Part shown: one piece after another, positions 32,511 through 42,397 of the stretch
Numbering within the stretch: the stretch's first letter is position 1
How the letters are laid out: every line of letters begins with the position of its first letter
Virus record (IMG/VR): IMGVR_UViG_3300021197_001653
Span: 40,435 to 104,434 of that record
Strand: one strand, 5' to 3'
DNA: 64,000 nucleotides
Source: a virus
Notes under the pieces: model-generated
What the model saw: the letters and a program-made list of their open reading frames with translations, nothing else
Told to the model about the DNA's origin: nothing
The model's database searches: none
Position numbers and translations under genes: made by a program

Positions 32511-34489
32511 TATATTATAGTTCTATTATTATAGTTTTCAACAAATATATTAATTGCTGTTTGTGAGCGAGCATGTGAAGTAGACCATGTTAATATATTA
32601 TCTAAAGTCCTTGTAGCTTCTCTTGAAATAGGTCTATTTAAAGTGAATCTATATATACCACCATTGTTTTCTAACTCATATTCATTTTCCCCTCCACGTA
32701 CAGAACGTAATATAATTCTTCTTCTAGTAGCTCGAGTTGAAGTATTTGTTGGTTCACGCCTACTAGTTCCATAACCACGCGCAGTACCTCTTAGCATTCG
32801 TTGCACCGCTGATGGGTTTTCTGCACCAAATGATTCAAAAGTAAAACTTGGAGGTTCACCTACTAAATCATTTATAACACCTTTTTTTTTAATATAATCA
32901 TTATTTATACCTTTTAAAGTTTTAAGTTCATCCTTAGTATATAATCCCTTATTAATATAAGGTTTTACTTTTTGTAATGAGCTATTACCCCATGGTATAC
33001 GAGATTTATATTTAAAATCATTTTCTTCAGCTATTAAATCTCCAGAAGCTGTTTTTCTAAAAAAATATTTTTTTCTTATATCCATGTAATTAGTAATATC
33101 TCTATATAGACCAGAGCCACCATTTATATTATAAACATTACTAATAATATCATGTAATGATAATGTTGTAAATGTTTGAGGGGTTGTTAATATATCTGTT
33201 TGATGTTTAATTGTAAAATTAACAATACCTGCACAAATATACATATAGTTCATTACTTTATTTATATCAGTAGTAGGTGTATGAATTCTAAATTCAACAG
33301 TTTGTTTATTACCAAATAATAAAGGTATTAAATTAACCCAATAATACCTACTTCTAATATTCCATTTACTTCTTCCTTCTGGGTCAGATGGGTGAGAATG
33401 AACATTTTTTAATTGAGAATCTACATCTGAATAATTTTGACCCATAGATAAATATTTATATAAAATGGAAAAATTTTTACGTATATCATCTACGTTATCC
33501 ATTATTGGGTCCATTAATAAAATTGTAGATTTAACATCTAAAGGTTTAGTATAATGTTTTCTTTTTATACCATAGTTATATTTTTTATGTAAAGGAAACA
33601 TTTCAAAAATATTATCCTGTAAAATATATAACATTTTATATAATGCTAAAAAGAATTTTTCTGTTCTAGGTATATTACCTAAATGTAAATGAAGAGAACA
33701 ATTATTATCATACTCTGTTTTATTATTTAATTCTTCTACACAATCTATAACGGTTTGTAAACCTTTATTACCTTGTAATGGTATTGTAACATACTCTAAA
33801 CCTCTAATACTCCCATCTCTTAAAGGTATTAAACCTAAATTATTAGTTATAGATGGTGATATAGTACCACGCACTGTTTCAAATTCTAAACCAAAAGTTA
33901 AATCCCCTATTAAAGGACCATACTTACTAACATTATTAGTTATAGTAGGTTTATAATTTTGTTTATACATTTTAATATAATCAGTCATTATATTTCGTGA
34001 ATCATAACTTAATCCACGTTTATAATCTTGATTACACTCTCCAATTTTGTAAAATTGAATAGAATCTACTTTGTTTCTATCATAATACATATTGTCATAC
34101 ATACTTATCATAAATCTTGTATTACTTTTCAGTAAATCATCATTTACAATATTATATGTATTTCCGTCATATCTAACTCTAGTATCATAATTGTTGCTAT
34201 CCAACAAAGAAAAAGAACCTAAAATAGGCTCTTGTTCTTCATTAAATGCTACAATACCTTTGATAACATAAACGTTAGCGCTAATAACATATCTTTTTAC
34301 ACTATGATCATATACTAAACGACCACTATTTAATCTAATATGTTTATTTTCTTCTGGTATTAAATAGCAATCTCCAGAATTTTCAATTGTAATATCCCCT
34401 ATTAAATAATAAAGATCTTTTACTTTTTTACATTCTTTTTTACTAACTTCTTTACCAGAAACTGTTGTTACTAATTTTTTCATTATCAT
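32510..34489 (-). CDS. Putative amidoligase (Amidoligase_2 / COOH-NH2 ligase fold)
   Basis: TFGLEFE, DGSI..LEYVT.PL, CSLHLHL, RYYWVNL, TVEFRIH. Confidence 0.8.
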   Translation of the reverse strand: MIMKKLVTTVSGKEVSKKECKKVKDLYYLIGDITIENSGDCYLIPEENKHIRLNSGRLVYDHSVKRYVISANVYVIKGIVAFNEEQEPILGSFSLLDSNNYDTRVRYDGNTYNIVNDDLLKSNTRFMISMYDNMYYDRNKVDSIQFYKIGECNQDYKRGLSYDSRNIMTDYIKMYKQNYKPTITNNVSKYGPLIGDLTFGLEFETVRGTISPSITNNLGLIPLRDGSIRGLEYVTIPLQGNKGLQTVIDCVEELNNKTEYDNNCSLHLHLGNIPRTEKFFLALYKMLYILQDNIFEMFPLHKKYNYGIKRKHYTKPLDVKSTILLMDPIMDNVDDIRKNFSILYKYLSMGQNYSDVDSQLKNVHSHPSDPEGRSKWNIRSRYYWVNLIPLLFGNKQTVEFRIHTPTTDINKVMNYMYICAGIVNFTIKHQTDILTTPQTFTTLSLHDIISNVYNINGGSGLYRDITNYMDIRKKYFFRKTASGDLIAEENDFKYKSRIPWGNSSLQKVKPYINKGLYTKDELKTLKGINNDYIKKKGVINDLVGEPPSFTFESFGAENPSAVQRMLRGTARGYGTSRREPTNTSTRATRRRIILRSVRGGENEYELENNGGIYRFTLNRPISREATRTLDNILTWSTSHARSQTAINIFVENYNNRTII

Positions 34490-34497
34490 CTTTATAA

Positions 34498-36366
34498 CTA
34501 ATCTGTTTGTTCTACTCCCATTATTTCTTGAGTCCCTATCATGAAAATATTCAATACTTCAATAGCTTTTTTAGCTTTTGGATTATCTTCAAATTTCTGT
34601 AGTTTTTCTAAATACATAGGTGTAGCTTGGAAAGATTCATTAAATATATTTTCTAATAAATTATCTAATAACTTATCCTGTTCTTTTTTAGTTTTCATTT
34701 TTTCTTCATTGACTATAGATTCCTCAACATTCTTTAATATATTACTATCTTCAAATTTAACGAGATCAATAACTTTAGGATTCTTTTTAGTACGTTGATC
34801 ATTTCCATTTTCGTCAAGAAGATCTTTACATATAGACATGTTAATACAATTACCTTTATCTATAGTATATATTCTATCAGCACCCAATGGTGAAATAGTA
34901 CCATTATATATTTCATTATTATAATATATAAGTTGTTTATTATTAGCTGCATCCATTATATCTATATTTATAACAGGATGTTTAGCACAAGCAGATAAAG
35001 CCATAAAATCAAATTCTCTACCTATTTTTTTCATATCTAAACATGCGTAATAATCAAAAGGTGTTTTAATATGAACACCTTTATGTAAATATTGTATATA
35101 ATCTCTAATACTAACATTAAAAGGATCTCCAAATAATAAAGGTATATAATCTTTTCTTATAAACTCTTTTGAAATTGCTGGAAAATTTTTCTTAGTAAAC
35201 GCCTTATTAATTAATGATTTGAAATACTGTTCAGAAGCAGTATAATCATCACCTAATTTATAGAATCCATAACCTTTAATATAAATAAACATACCATCAA
35301 GAAGAGTACCATTTCTTCTATACCGAAAGTTTTTAAAGACACTACGTTCTTTAATATCTCCAGATTTAAATACAGGTTTTTCTTTATGTATGTTAGATTC
35401 ATTTTTAATCTTAACACTTGAATTTTGAGAGTTTATTTCACTGTCTAAATTCATTTGGTGTTGTGTTCCAGCAGCCTCCATAAGCCTATTATTATGATGA
35501 TTACAATTACGAGGACGCGCATTTCTCCCATAGTTAGTATGTGATCTAGTATTGGGATTAGAGGCATGATTTTGCCAACGCTCCTCTCTTTTAATAACAG
35601 ACGTTGTTGTCTTTTTTATAGTACCGTTTACAACTTTATAAACTCTATTATGAGGAACTGTTTCAATATCTTTTTCTATACCACCTATAGTTATTAAACT
35701 ATCTTTTATTGATGAAATATACATACTGTGTTTATTCTCTTTCCAAATAAATAATGGTCTTTCTTCAAAAACACCGTCCTGTGTATAATTTTTTAATAAT
35801 GATGCTCCGTGATACATATATAATGCATTAGGTTCATTAGTGTTAGTAAACATTAAAGCAGCAGCACCATTATAATCATTTAATGGTTCAAATCCTTTAC
35901 TTTTATAAATACATTCTAATAATAATTCACTATCAATTTTCTCCCTTGTACTATGAACAGTAGTATGTTTATTTTCAACAACTGTTGGTGCACGCAATTC
36001 AACTTTATATTTAGGGGCTAATTCTTTATGATTTAATAATGTTCCATTGTGAACACCAATAAATTCATAACCTTCTTTTCCCCCACCAAAGCCAAAAGGA
36101 TGAGCATTATCTTCGCTTTTACTACCAACACTACTTGCTCTTGTGTGCCCTATTACAACAGGATATTTTTCAGGTAAAGGATAACCTTTATTTACTACAA
36201 AATCTCTATATACTTTGTTTGCATAAGCACCTATATAAACCTCACCGTCAACAGTAACCCCACAAGAGTCAGTTCCACGCTTTTCATTTAATACACCTAG
36301 CATATCAAATTTCATTTTATTAAACTTTTTAGGGTCTTTACCAGCCCATCCGAATATTCCACACAT
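34498..36366 (-). CDS. Class II (Ntn) glutamine amidotransferase with long C-terminal extension
   Basis: N-terminal MCGIFG, RGTDSCG, GHTRASS, NAHPF, HNGTL, DSE. Confidence 0.9.
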   Translation of the reverse strand: MCGIFGWAGKDPKKFNKMKFDMLGVLNEKRGTDSCGVTVDGEVYIGAYANKVYRDFVVNKGYPLPEKYPVVIGHTRASSVGSKSEDNAHPFGFGGGKEGYEFIGVHNGTLLNHKELAPKYKVELRAPTVVENKHTTVHSTREKIDSELLLECIYKSKGFEPLNDYNGAAALMFTNTNEPNALYMYHGASLLKNYTQDGVFEERPLFIWKENKHSMYISSIKDSLITIGGIEKDIETVPHNRVYKVVNGTIKKTTTSVIKREERWQNHASNPNTRSHTNYGRNARPRNCNHHNNRLMEAAGTQHQMNLDSEINSQNSSVKIKNESNIHKEKPVFKSGDIKERSVFKNFRYRRNGTLLDGMFIYIKGYGFYKLGDDYTASEQYFKSLINKAFTKKNFPAISKEFIRKDYIPLLFGDPFNVSIRDYIQYLHKGVHIKTPFDYYACLDMKKIGREFDFMALSACAKHPVINIDIMDAANNKQLIYYNNEIYNGTISPLGADRIYTIDKGNCINMSICKDLLDENGNDQRTKKNPKVIDLVKFEDSNILKNVEESIVNEEKMKTKKEQDKLLDNLLENIFNESFQATPMYLEKLQKFEDNPKAKKAIEVLNIFMIGTQEIMGVEQTD

Positions 36367-36373
36367 GTTTTAA

Positions 36374-37186
36374 TTATTTATTTATTAAACTTTCTTTTTT
36401 GATAATTTCTATTTCTTTTAATAACGATATAGATTCTTCTTTATCATTATTATCAATACAATTTTTTATTCTACTTTCCAATCTAGACAGTATACTGTTT
36501 ACAGTACCTGAATTAACTAATTCAATAGCTTCCATTGTTTTATCAAAGGCCCATTTCATTAACTCGTCACTACCAATCCAGAAATTAGATAATGTTCTAT
36601 ATTCAACACCATATTCTTTTATTCTGAAACAACCAGCTTTACCATACATTTCTCTACGCCTATCATCAGGATCTAATGTGATAGATTCTAAACCTAAAGT
36701 CATGTCCATAGCATATATGATTTTCTCACTAATTTCTAAGTCTGGGTTTTCAAATCCAATATGGATATGACCACCCGCAGTTCTTAAACTACTTTTAGGA
36801 GAAGGCGGGTTATTAGGCTCTTTCAAATATACATTAAAATCTGGGTCACATCCAAACATTTTTGCTTGTTTTGTATTTAAATACTTTTTATCAAGCTCAT
36901 TAGATGCTGATATATCTAATGTACAGTCAAATTGCTTTGCATGTAATGTAAGATAATCTAACACATAATTAATGTTATCTGTAAATTCTAAACGAGTCGC
37001 AGAAGGTGGTATATTAAACTCAACCATTACATTATCTTCTTGAACAGCATGTCCATCTACACTAATTGATTTAGGGGTATGTTTAGTACCTCCTATTAAT
37101 CCTTCAGCAGAGATAATTTCATCACCTCGTTTTAAGAATATTTCTGGGTCACAACCTAATGTAACTTTGTTTACTAATTTTTTCAT
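36374..37186 (-). CDS. phiEco32-like COOH-NH2 ligase type 2
   Basis: LGCDPEIFL, GGTK..P, QEDNVMVEFN, FGCDPDFN, RTAGGHIHIG, RRREMYGKAG.FR.K.YGVEYRTLSNFW. Confidence 0.9.
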   Translation of the reverse strand: MKKLVNKVTLGCDPEIFLKRGDEIISAEGLIGGTKHTPKSISVDGHAVQEDNVMVEFNIPPSATRLEFTDNINYVLDYLTLHAKQFDCTLDISASNELDKKYLNTKQAKMFGCDPDFNVYLKEPNNPPSPKSSLRTAGGHIHIGFENPDLEISEKIIYAMDMTLGLESITLDPDDRRREMYGKAGCFRIKEYGVEYRTLSNFWIGSDELMKWAFDKTMEAIELVNSGTVNSILSRLESRIKNCIDNNDKEESISLLKEIEIIKKESLINK

Positions 37187-37217
37187 TTTTTTTGTGAAAT
37201 TTTTGTGAAAATTTTTA

Positions 37218-37940
37218 CTATAATAAATATGATTGTAACAATTTAGTTATAAATGTTACTGTTTCCTCTGGGCAATCATCATGTTCTGGATGACCCTGTA
37301 TACACATTTGTCCTCTGCTAAATAATATTATTTCAGGTTCTAAAAATCCATGTGGTAATTTAACATCTTTATTTGCACCATTTAAATAAACATTACTGTT
37401 AAAAACTTTAGACCATGCTAATAAATCCCAATTACTAGAAGGTACATTAAAAGGAAACATCATTTGATGATGCGTTGATGATATCTCAAAATTTGCAATA
37501 ATATGACTTTCTAACTTAGAACTTATTAAATGTTTTTTTTTATGATTTTCAACATGTTGAATTAATTTACCACCATTCATAACTGTTATAAATTGAGCAC
37601 CTCTACAAATACCTAACATTCTAACACCTGAACCATTAAAAGAATGATATATTCTTTCTTCTTTTTTATCTCTATTAATATCAGTAACAGTATGAGCACC
37701 TTGTTGTTCTCCATATAATTTAGGGTTTACATCAGCACCCCCTGTAAAAACAATAAGATTAAATGCTCTATAAGGCATACCATCACTTGCTTTTTCTTCT
37801 GCTATATATTCAGAAAATGTAGTAACTCTAGTAATTTTATAAATTTTATTTAAAAAATCTATATATGCTTTTGATTCACCATCACTAATTAGAATTTTAA
37901 TTGATTTTTTTTTTCTTGTGATTATTTCTTTCTTACTCAT
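37218..37940 (-). CDS. Class I GATase / peptidase C26 (gamma-glutamyl hydrolase-like)
   Basis: TGGADVNP.LYG, GICRGAQ, STHHQ, QGHPE catalytic triad. Confidence 0.88.
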   Translation of the reverse strand: MSKKEIITRKKKSIKILISDGESKAYIDFLNKIYKITRVTTFSEYIAEEKASDGMPYRAFNLIVFTGGADVNPKLYGEQQGAHTVTDINRDKKEERIYHSFNGSGVRMLGICRGAQFITVMNGGKLIQHVENHKKKHLISSKLESHIIANFEISSTHHQMMFPFNVPSSNWDLLAWSKVFNSNVYLNGANKDVKLPHGFLEPEIILFSRGQMCIQGHPEHDDCPEETVTFITKLLQSYLL

Positions 37941-38790
37941 TATTAAACTTTTTTAACAACATTTTTGGAATCTCTTCAATATATTTTTGTTTAGTTACAT
38001 CACCAAATGAAGGCGCTGAATTAATTTCAACAATAATAAATTGAGGATCACTACGTAAATTCCCTTCTTTATTTCTAGAGCCCTGGATTCTTAAATCTAC
38101 AGCTCCAAAATCTAAACCTACAGAGTTTAATGCTTTTACTGATTCTTTTACAACTGTTTTCCAATTAGTTGGTCTATCAAAATCAGAGTTACTTTCTAAA
38201 ATCCAAACAGAATTAGAATCATTTCTAAACCATTTAGCATTTTCAGGAGTATCCTTTTTCATCATTTTTCTACAAGTATAAAAACAACCGTCTTTATTTA
38301 CATGCAATCTATATTCTCTGTTATAATTATGAAATTTTTCAAAAACATAATTTGTTAACGTTTTACCTTTACTCCAATTTTCTAAAGATTCAAGGTTATC
38401 GTGTTTTATATTACCTCGTCCTCTACTTCCAAAATTACTTTTTGAAATTATTGGAAAAGGTGTTTTATCAGTACCTACTTGTGATTGTAACTCTTGTACA
38501 ATTTGAGTAATATTATTACCCCTTGTCCATATTGCAGTTACAACTTTATTATCTTTGAAACATTCTTTCATTAATAATTTACTACTACTATTTTTAATAG
38601 CAGTTACGGTATTTAACTCTACTCTTTTACCACCATTATTGATGGTATCAGGTATTTTAGTAGTTGAACCGAATCTAACTACTGATTTAAAAGGTAATAA
38701 GGGCAACTGTTTACCATTTTTACTTCTTAAATCTGAGTGAGAAGGGTGTCTACTTCTAATTTGTGGTCTAAATGCTGTTATTTTTTGCAT
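37933..38790 (-). CDS. ATP-grasp ligase (RimK/phiEco32-like)
   Basis: GSRGRG, REYRLHV, GLDFGAVD, EINSAPS. Confidence 0.88.
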   Translation of the reverse strand: MQKITAFRPQIRSRHPSHSDLRSKNGKQLPLLPFKSVVRFGSTTKIPDTINNGGKRVELNTVTAIKNSSSKLLMKECFKDNKVVTAIWTRGNNITQIVQELQSQVGTDKTPFPIISKSNFGSRGRGNIKHDNLESLENWSKGKTLTNYVFEKFHNYNREYRLHVNKDGCFYTCRKMMKKDTPENAKWFRNDSNSVWILESNSDFDRPTNWKTVVKESVKALNSVGLDFGAVDLRIQGSRNKEGNLRSDPQFIIVEINSAPSFGDVTKQKYIEEIPKMLLKKFNNE

Positions 38791-38795
38791 GATAG

Positions 38796-39197
38796 TTATA
38801 TATAATTTTTAATTCCTGTTCTTAATGAATGTTCTTTCCAATCTCCATAAATTAATTTTTTAAGTTTTGAAGTATTTTTATTATACACATATACTAATGT
38901 TCTACCAAAAGGTGTTTGTATAATTTTTCTATTGAATGTATTTTTATCAAGGTCTTTTTTACTAATGCAACCTTTTTGTGCATTTATAACCTGTTTTATA
39001 ATTGAAGGTTTAACTTCATATACATCCATCACAATAGATGTTCTTCCATCTAATGTTATAGCTGGTTCATCTGATTTTAATTTAAACATAGAAAATTCAG
39101 GTTCAGTAGTATAACTACCAATATGTTTAGATTCCCCTAATTCTTTATTTAATTTTAATCCTTTCATAAAAGGACCATAAAAAGCTATTTTTGTCAT
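38796..39197 (-). CDS. Second GGCT-like protein, probably catalytically degenerate
   Basis: AFYGPFMKG, DVYEV, YVYN, GDW. Lacks the DxLEG Glu. Confidence 0.7.
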   Translation of the reverse strand: MTKIAFYGPFMKGLKLNKELGESKHIGSYTTEPEFSMFKLKSDEPAITLDGRTSIVMDVYEVKPSIIKQVINAQKGCISKKDLDKNTFNRKIIQTPFGRTLVYVYNKNTSKLKKLIYGDWKEHSLRTGIKNYI

Positions 39198-39203
39198 TTT
39201 TTT

Positions 39204-40232
39204 CTAAAGAGACATGTTTATAACATTATCCCATAATTTTTTTGATTCGTATATACCATTTTTTTTTATTAGATCACTAAAATCTTTACACTTATATTGT
39301 GAAGGTATTTCTACCTGATAAAAACCAAATTCTATAGCTAATTCTTTTCCAAATTTTCTACCCCAATTTATTTCTTTATCATAATCATTATCATAAAATA
39401 TTAAAATTTCATCAAATCTTGATTTTAGTTCTGTAATAATTTGTTTTTTGGGTTTTACACCCTCTGCTTGTAATGATATAGCTGGTATCCCCAACACTTC
39501 ATTTATAGCCATTACATCTTTTAATGATTTAGTAATTATTAATTGACTACCTTTTTTAGGTAATTGTGCCCAACCTTGCCATACAGAACTATCATGGTTA
39601 TTTAACCATTTATAATTTTTACTAAAAGGTTGATAAATTTTATATGTAGGTTTTCCATCTTTATATTCTGGAAAACAATACGCATGTTTAGATGCTAGTA
39701 TTGGTTTACCATTTATAAAAATATAAGATATTTTTTCTACATTATATTTAATTAAAGTTTTTTTTGATATTCCAAAATTGTACCAGTATACATAATCTTT
39801 TAATGTAAACCCTGTTGTTTTTCTACCAATTTTGAAACTTTTAGCTGTATCTAATAAATCATCTCTGTTTTCTTTGTCAATTAAGGATATATCTCTAACA
39901 GTTTTTTTATTAATATTTCTTACAATAAATTTATGATCTATACCAAAATCTATAGCAATTTTACTCATTGCATCAAAAAAACTTAATCCAAATTTAATTT
40001 GTACAAATTTAATACAATCCCCACCACCTAATCTAAAATCATTAAAGCATACTTCACCATGTCTACTTAAAAAGTATCCAAAAGAAGGTTTCTTATCATC
40101 TAATAGAGGTGATTTTAATGCTGTATTTAATATAACATCCTTTTTTGAATAAAGTTTATATATATCAATATCAGAAATTTCTTTTAATAAACCATCTTTG
40201 CTTACATATGTAGCATTTAAATTTATTGTCAT
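39204..40232 (-). CDS. DNA primase (crAss-type, Toprim)
   Basis: SPL.DD.KPSF, GDCIKFV, KIYQP, IITKSLKDVM, YDND, KDFSD. Probable start at 40232, after the terminator. Confidence 0.88.
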   Translation of the reverse strand: MTINLNATYVSKDGLLKEISDIDIYKLYSKKDVILNTALKSPLLDDKKPSFGYFLSRHGEVCFNDFRLGGGDCIKFVQIKFGLSFFDAMSKIAIDFGIDHKFIVRNINKKTVRDISLIDKENRDDLLDTAKSFKIGRKTTGFTLKDYVYWYNFGISKKTLIKYNVEKISYIFINGKPILASKHAYCFPEYKDGKPTYKIYQPFSKNYKWLNNHDSSVWQGWAQLPKKGSQLIITKSLKDVMAINEVLGIPAISLQAEGVKPKKQIITELKSRFDEILIFYDNDYDKEINWGRKFGKELAIEFGFYQVEIPSQYKCKDFSDLIKKNGIYESKKLWDNVINMSL

Positions 40233-40248
40233 AATATTATTTTTTAAT

Positions 40249-40274
40249 AAAAAAACAGGGGAATAATCCCCTGT
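40249..40274 (-). terminator. Intrinsic terminator after the SSB gene
   Basis: ACAGGGGA-loop-TCCCCTGT then a T-run on the minus strand. Confidence 0.75.
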
Positions 40275-40288
40275 CTTATTAATTATTA

Positions 40289-40903
40289 TTATAGTGTTGT
40301 CCAATCAGTAGTTGTACCAGCAGCGGTTGGACTTGTTATATCCATTCCTGAAGCAGGTAAACTATCATCATCTGCAACAACTCTAATCATTAAATCATTA
40401 GCACCTTCCCTTAATTTAGTAGAACCGTCTTCACTAGCTCGTTCAATAAAGTTAAAATATCTAAGATTTAAATAACCTTTTTTACTTGGATAATCTTTAG
40501 TTCCATAAGTAACAAATACGTTAAATTTGGAATCACCAGCATTATCACCAATTATTTTAAAAAGTATATCGACAATACTTTTTGGAGTCATCCCAGCTGT
40601 ATCAGGGTATTTGTATGTAGGTCCTACTACAGCTCGTGCTATATGTAAAACCCTACTTATTTCCCTTTTTGCAGCTACTTTAACTTGCTCCTCAGTTTGT
40701 CCATCTCTTTTTGTTGGATAATTAAACCAACCTGTTAATAATCCACCATCATTATCTTTTACAATTAATTTATAAGGTGAATTTGTTTCTGGCTCACCAG
40801 GTTTTCTAACATCAACTGATATAGTGACATTTTTTGCTACCCCTGCTGCTCCGTTATTAAAAATTGTAGTTTCCTTGAAATCTTTCCCATTTAAATCAAA
40901 CAT
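40289..40903 (-). CDS. Putative single-stranded DNA-binding protein
   Basis: 204 aa, acidic flexible tail ending DWTTL. Position between the AAA ATPase and primase as in crAss-like replication modules. Confidence 0.55.
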   Translation of the reverse strand: MFDLNGKDFKETTIFNNGAAGVAKNVTISVDVRKPGEPETNSPYKLIVKDNDGGLLTGWFNYPTKRDGQTEEQVKVAAKREISRVLHIARAVVGPTYKYPDTAGMTPKSIVDILFKIIGDNAGDSKFNVFVTYGTKDYPSKKGYLNLRYFNFIERASEDGSTKLREGANDLMIRVVADDDSLPASGMDITSPTAAGTTTDWTTL

Positions 40904-40934
40904 CCGTCATCATTCCGTCCATAAACCATCCTCG
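40901..40934 (-). repeat. Shared purine-rich 5' leader, copy 1 (SSB gene)
   Basis: mRNA sense GAGGAUGGUUUAUGGACGGAAUGAUGACGG-AUG. Confidence 0.7.
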
Positions 40935-40980
40935 TTTTAATTCTTCCTACTTTATATATCCTATAAATTCTTTATAGTGA

Positions 40981-41739
40981 TTATATAAATATTTTTGACC
41001 AATCTACTGTAATCTTACCTGATTGATCAGATTCTGCAACCACTAACTCTTTATCTTTTAAATGTTCACTTCTTGAACCTGATAATAAGTTTTGTGATGC
41101 TGCAAAATTAATTATTGTTTTATTCTCTTTTCTATAGAGATACCCAACACTGTCTACTTTTGAACAAAGAATTGAAGACATTCTACCTGTTAAGGCTAAA
41201 CCTCTTTCATTCATTTCTTTGCCATTTTCTTCAACTAATTTATCTTTAACATGACCCATTATTAATAATGTATCACATATTGATTCTAAATCATTTATTG
41301 TTTGGGATAAAGCTAGTCTAGTATATCTATAACCTGCACCGTTAGGTAAATCTGTTACATCTAGACCTTTCCAATTTCGTCCCATTGTTGTATCTCTATA
41401 CATCTTATTAGCTAATGGTAATACTATATCTTCTAATGCTGTTACTGTATCTATTGCTATGTATTTATAAACATAACCTTTTTTTTTCATGTTAGCATCG
41501 TTAATACTATTAATTAACTTTTTTAATGTAATAATAGGTAAACATTTGTCTATATTAGATTGATGAATCACATCATATTTTAAGGCATCAACAAAGTTGG
41601 TTCCTTCTTCTAAATCTATAATAAGACAATTGTCTAATCCTGCTAAAGCCGTAGTCTTACCCATTTTAGGTTGACTAAAGATAATCATACTTTTAGGATT
41701 AACTCTATTAGCTTTAATTTTTACTTGTGGTAATTCCAT
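40981..41739 (-). CDS. AAA_24 / Sak4-like ATPase (recombination)
   Basis: SQPKMGKTT, IIDLEEG, IAIDTVT, LPNGAGY, GH.K. Confidence 0.85.
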   Translation of the reverse strand: MELPQVKIKANRVNPKSMIIFSQPKMGKTTALAGLDNCLIIDLEEGTNFVDALKYDVIHQSNIDKCLPIITLKKLINSINDANMKKKGYVYKYIAIDTVTALEDIVLPLANKMYRDTTMGRNWKGLDVTDLPNGAGYRYTRLALSQTINDLESICDTLLIMGHVKDKLVEENGKEMNERGLALTGRMSSILCSKVDSVGYLYRKENKTIINFAASQNLLSGSRSEHLKDKELVVAESDQSGKITVDWSKIFI

Positions 41740-41770
41740 CTACATCATCATCCGTCCATCTCCATCCACT
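41737..41770 (-). repeat. Shared purine-rich 5' leader, copy 2 (Sak4-like gene)
   Basis: mRNA sense GUGGAUGGAGAUGGACGGAUGAUGAUGUAG-AUG. Confidence 0.7.
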
Positions 41771-41774
41771 ATTT

Positions 41775-42242
41775 TTATGTGGTTATAAATTCAGAGTATC
41801 TTATATTACAATTAACAAAACCTTGACCTTTAAAAGTACGACTAGGTCTAGTTGTAATTATATCTTTAAATCCAAATGAATAAAAGTTTTCACCATGAAA
41901 ATTATCTTTCCTTATGTTTGGGCAATATATAAAACTTAATGATCTATTTTTAGTTTTTAATGTATCTTCCAATTCAATAATTTTAGTAAATATGGTATTT
42001 ATTTTTGTTTCTGGATAATAGAATTTAACTAGTTTAATTATATCATCTAGTGAACGATATCTTCTTGCACCACAATGTCTACCTCCTCTAGTGTATACTG
42101 TTGTATTCTCACCTGTGGTAAATATTGTTTCTTTTATAATCTGTTCAATACTAGATACTTCAATATCTCTAAATTTAATTTTCCTACATTGAGAGTAATA
42201 TTGTTCAACATCCTCTCGTGTTATTACTTCTCTTTTTGTCAT
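41775..42242 (-). CDS. Hypothetical protein, family A (RS..D....P...C..I), paralogue of intron cargo ORFs
   Basis: HCGARRYRSLDDI...YYP...IYCPNIRK resembles 53760-54242 and 51661-52053. Confidence 0.6.
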   Translation of the reverse strand: MTKREVITREDVEQYYSQCRKIKFRDIEVSSIEQIIKETIFTTGENTTVYTRGGRHCGARRYRSLDDIIKLVKFYYPETKINTIFTKIIELEDTLKTKNRSLSFIYCPNIRKDNFHGENFYSFGFKDIITTRPSRTFKGQGFVNCNIRYSEFITT

Positions 42243-42262
42243 TTTTTTATAATATGATTAAA

Positions 42263-42397
42263 TTATACAAATAACCATTTCTTTTTATTTTTATTAGTAA
42301 AACGTGTTACTTTACGTTTTTTTTTACTATATATTTTTCTCTTTATCAATCCAATTGTTGTAATATGTAAATATAGTTGTCTTCTTGTGTTACTCAT
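42263..42397 (-). CDS. Small highly basic peptide (44 aa)
   Basis: Hand translation MSNTRRQLYLHITTIGLIKRKIYSKKKRKVTRFTNKNKKKWLFV. A-rich leader, fills the gap. Confidence 0.4.
   Translation of the reverse strand: MSNTRRQLYLHITTIGLIKRKIYSKKKRKVTRFTNKNKKKWLFV

Noticed and set aside
40901-41770. CRISPR-like or iteron array from the GGATG repeats
   Set aside because: Only two degenerate copies 830 nt apart, each abutting a start codon, with no spacer periodicity.
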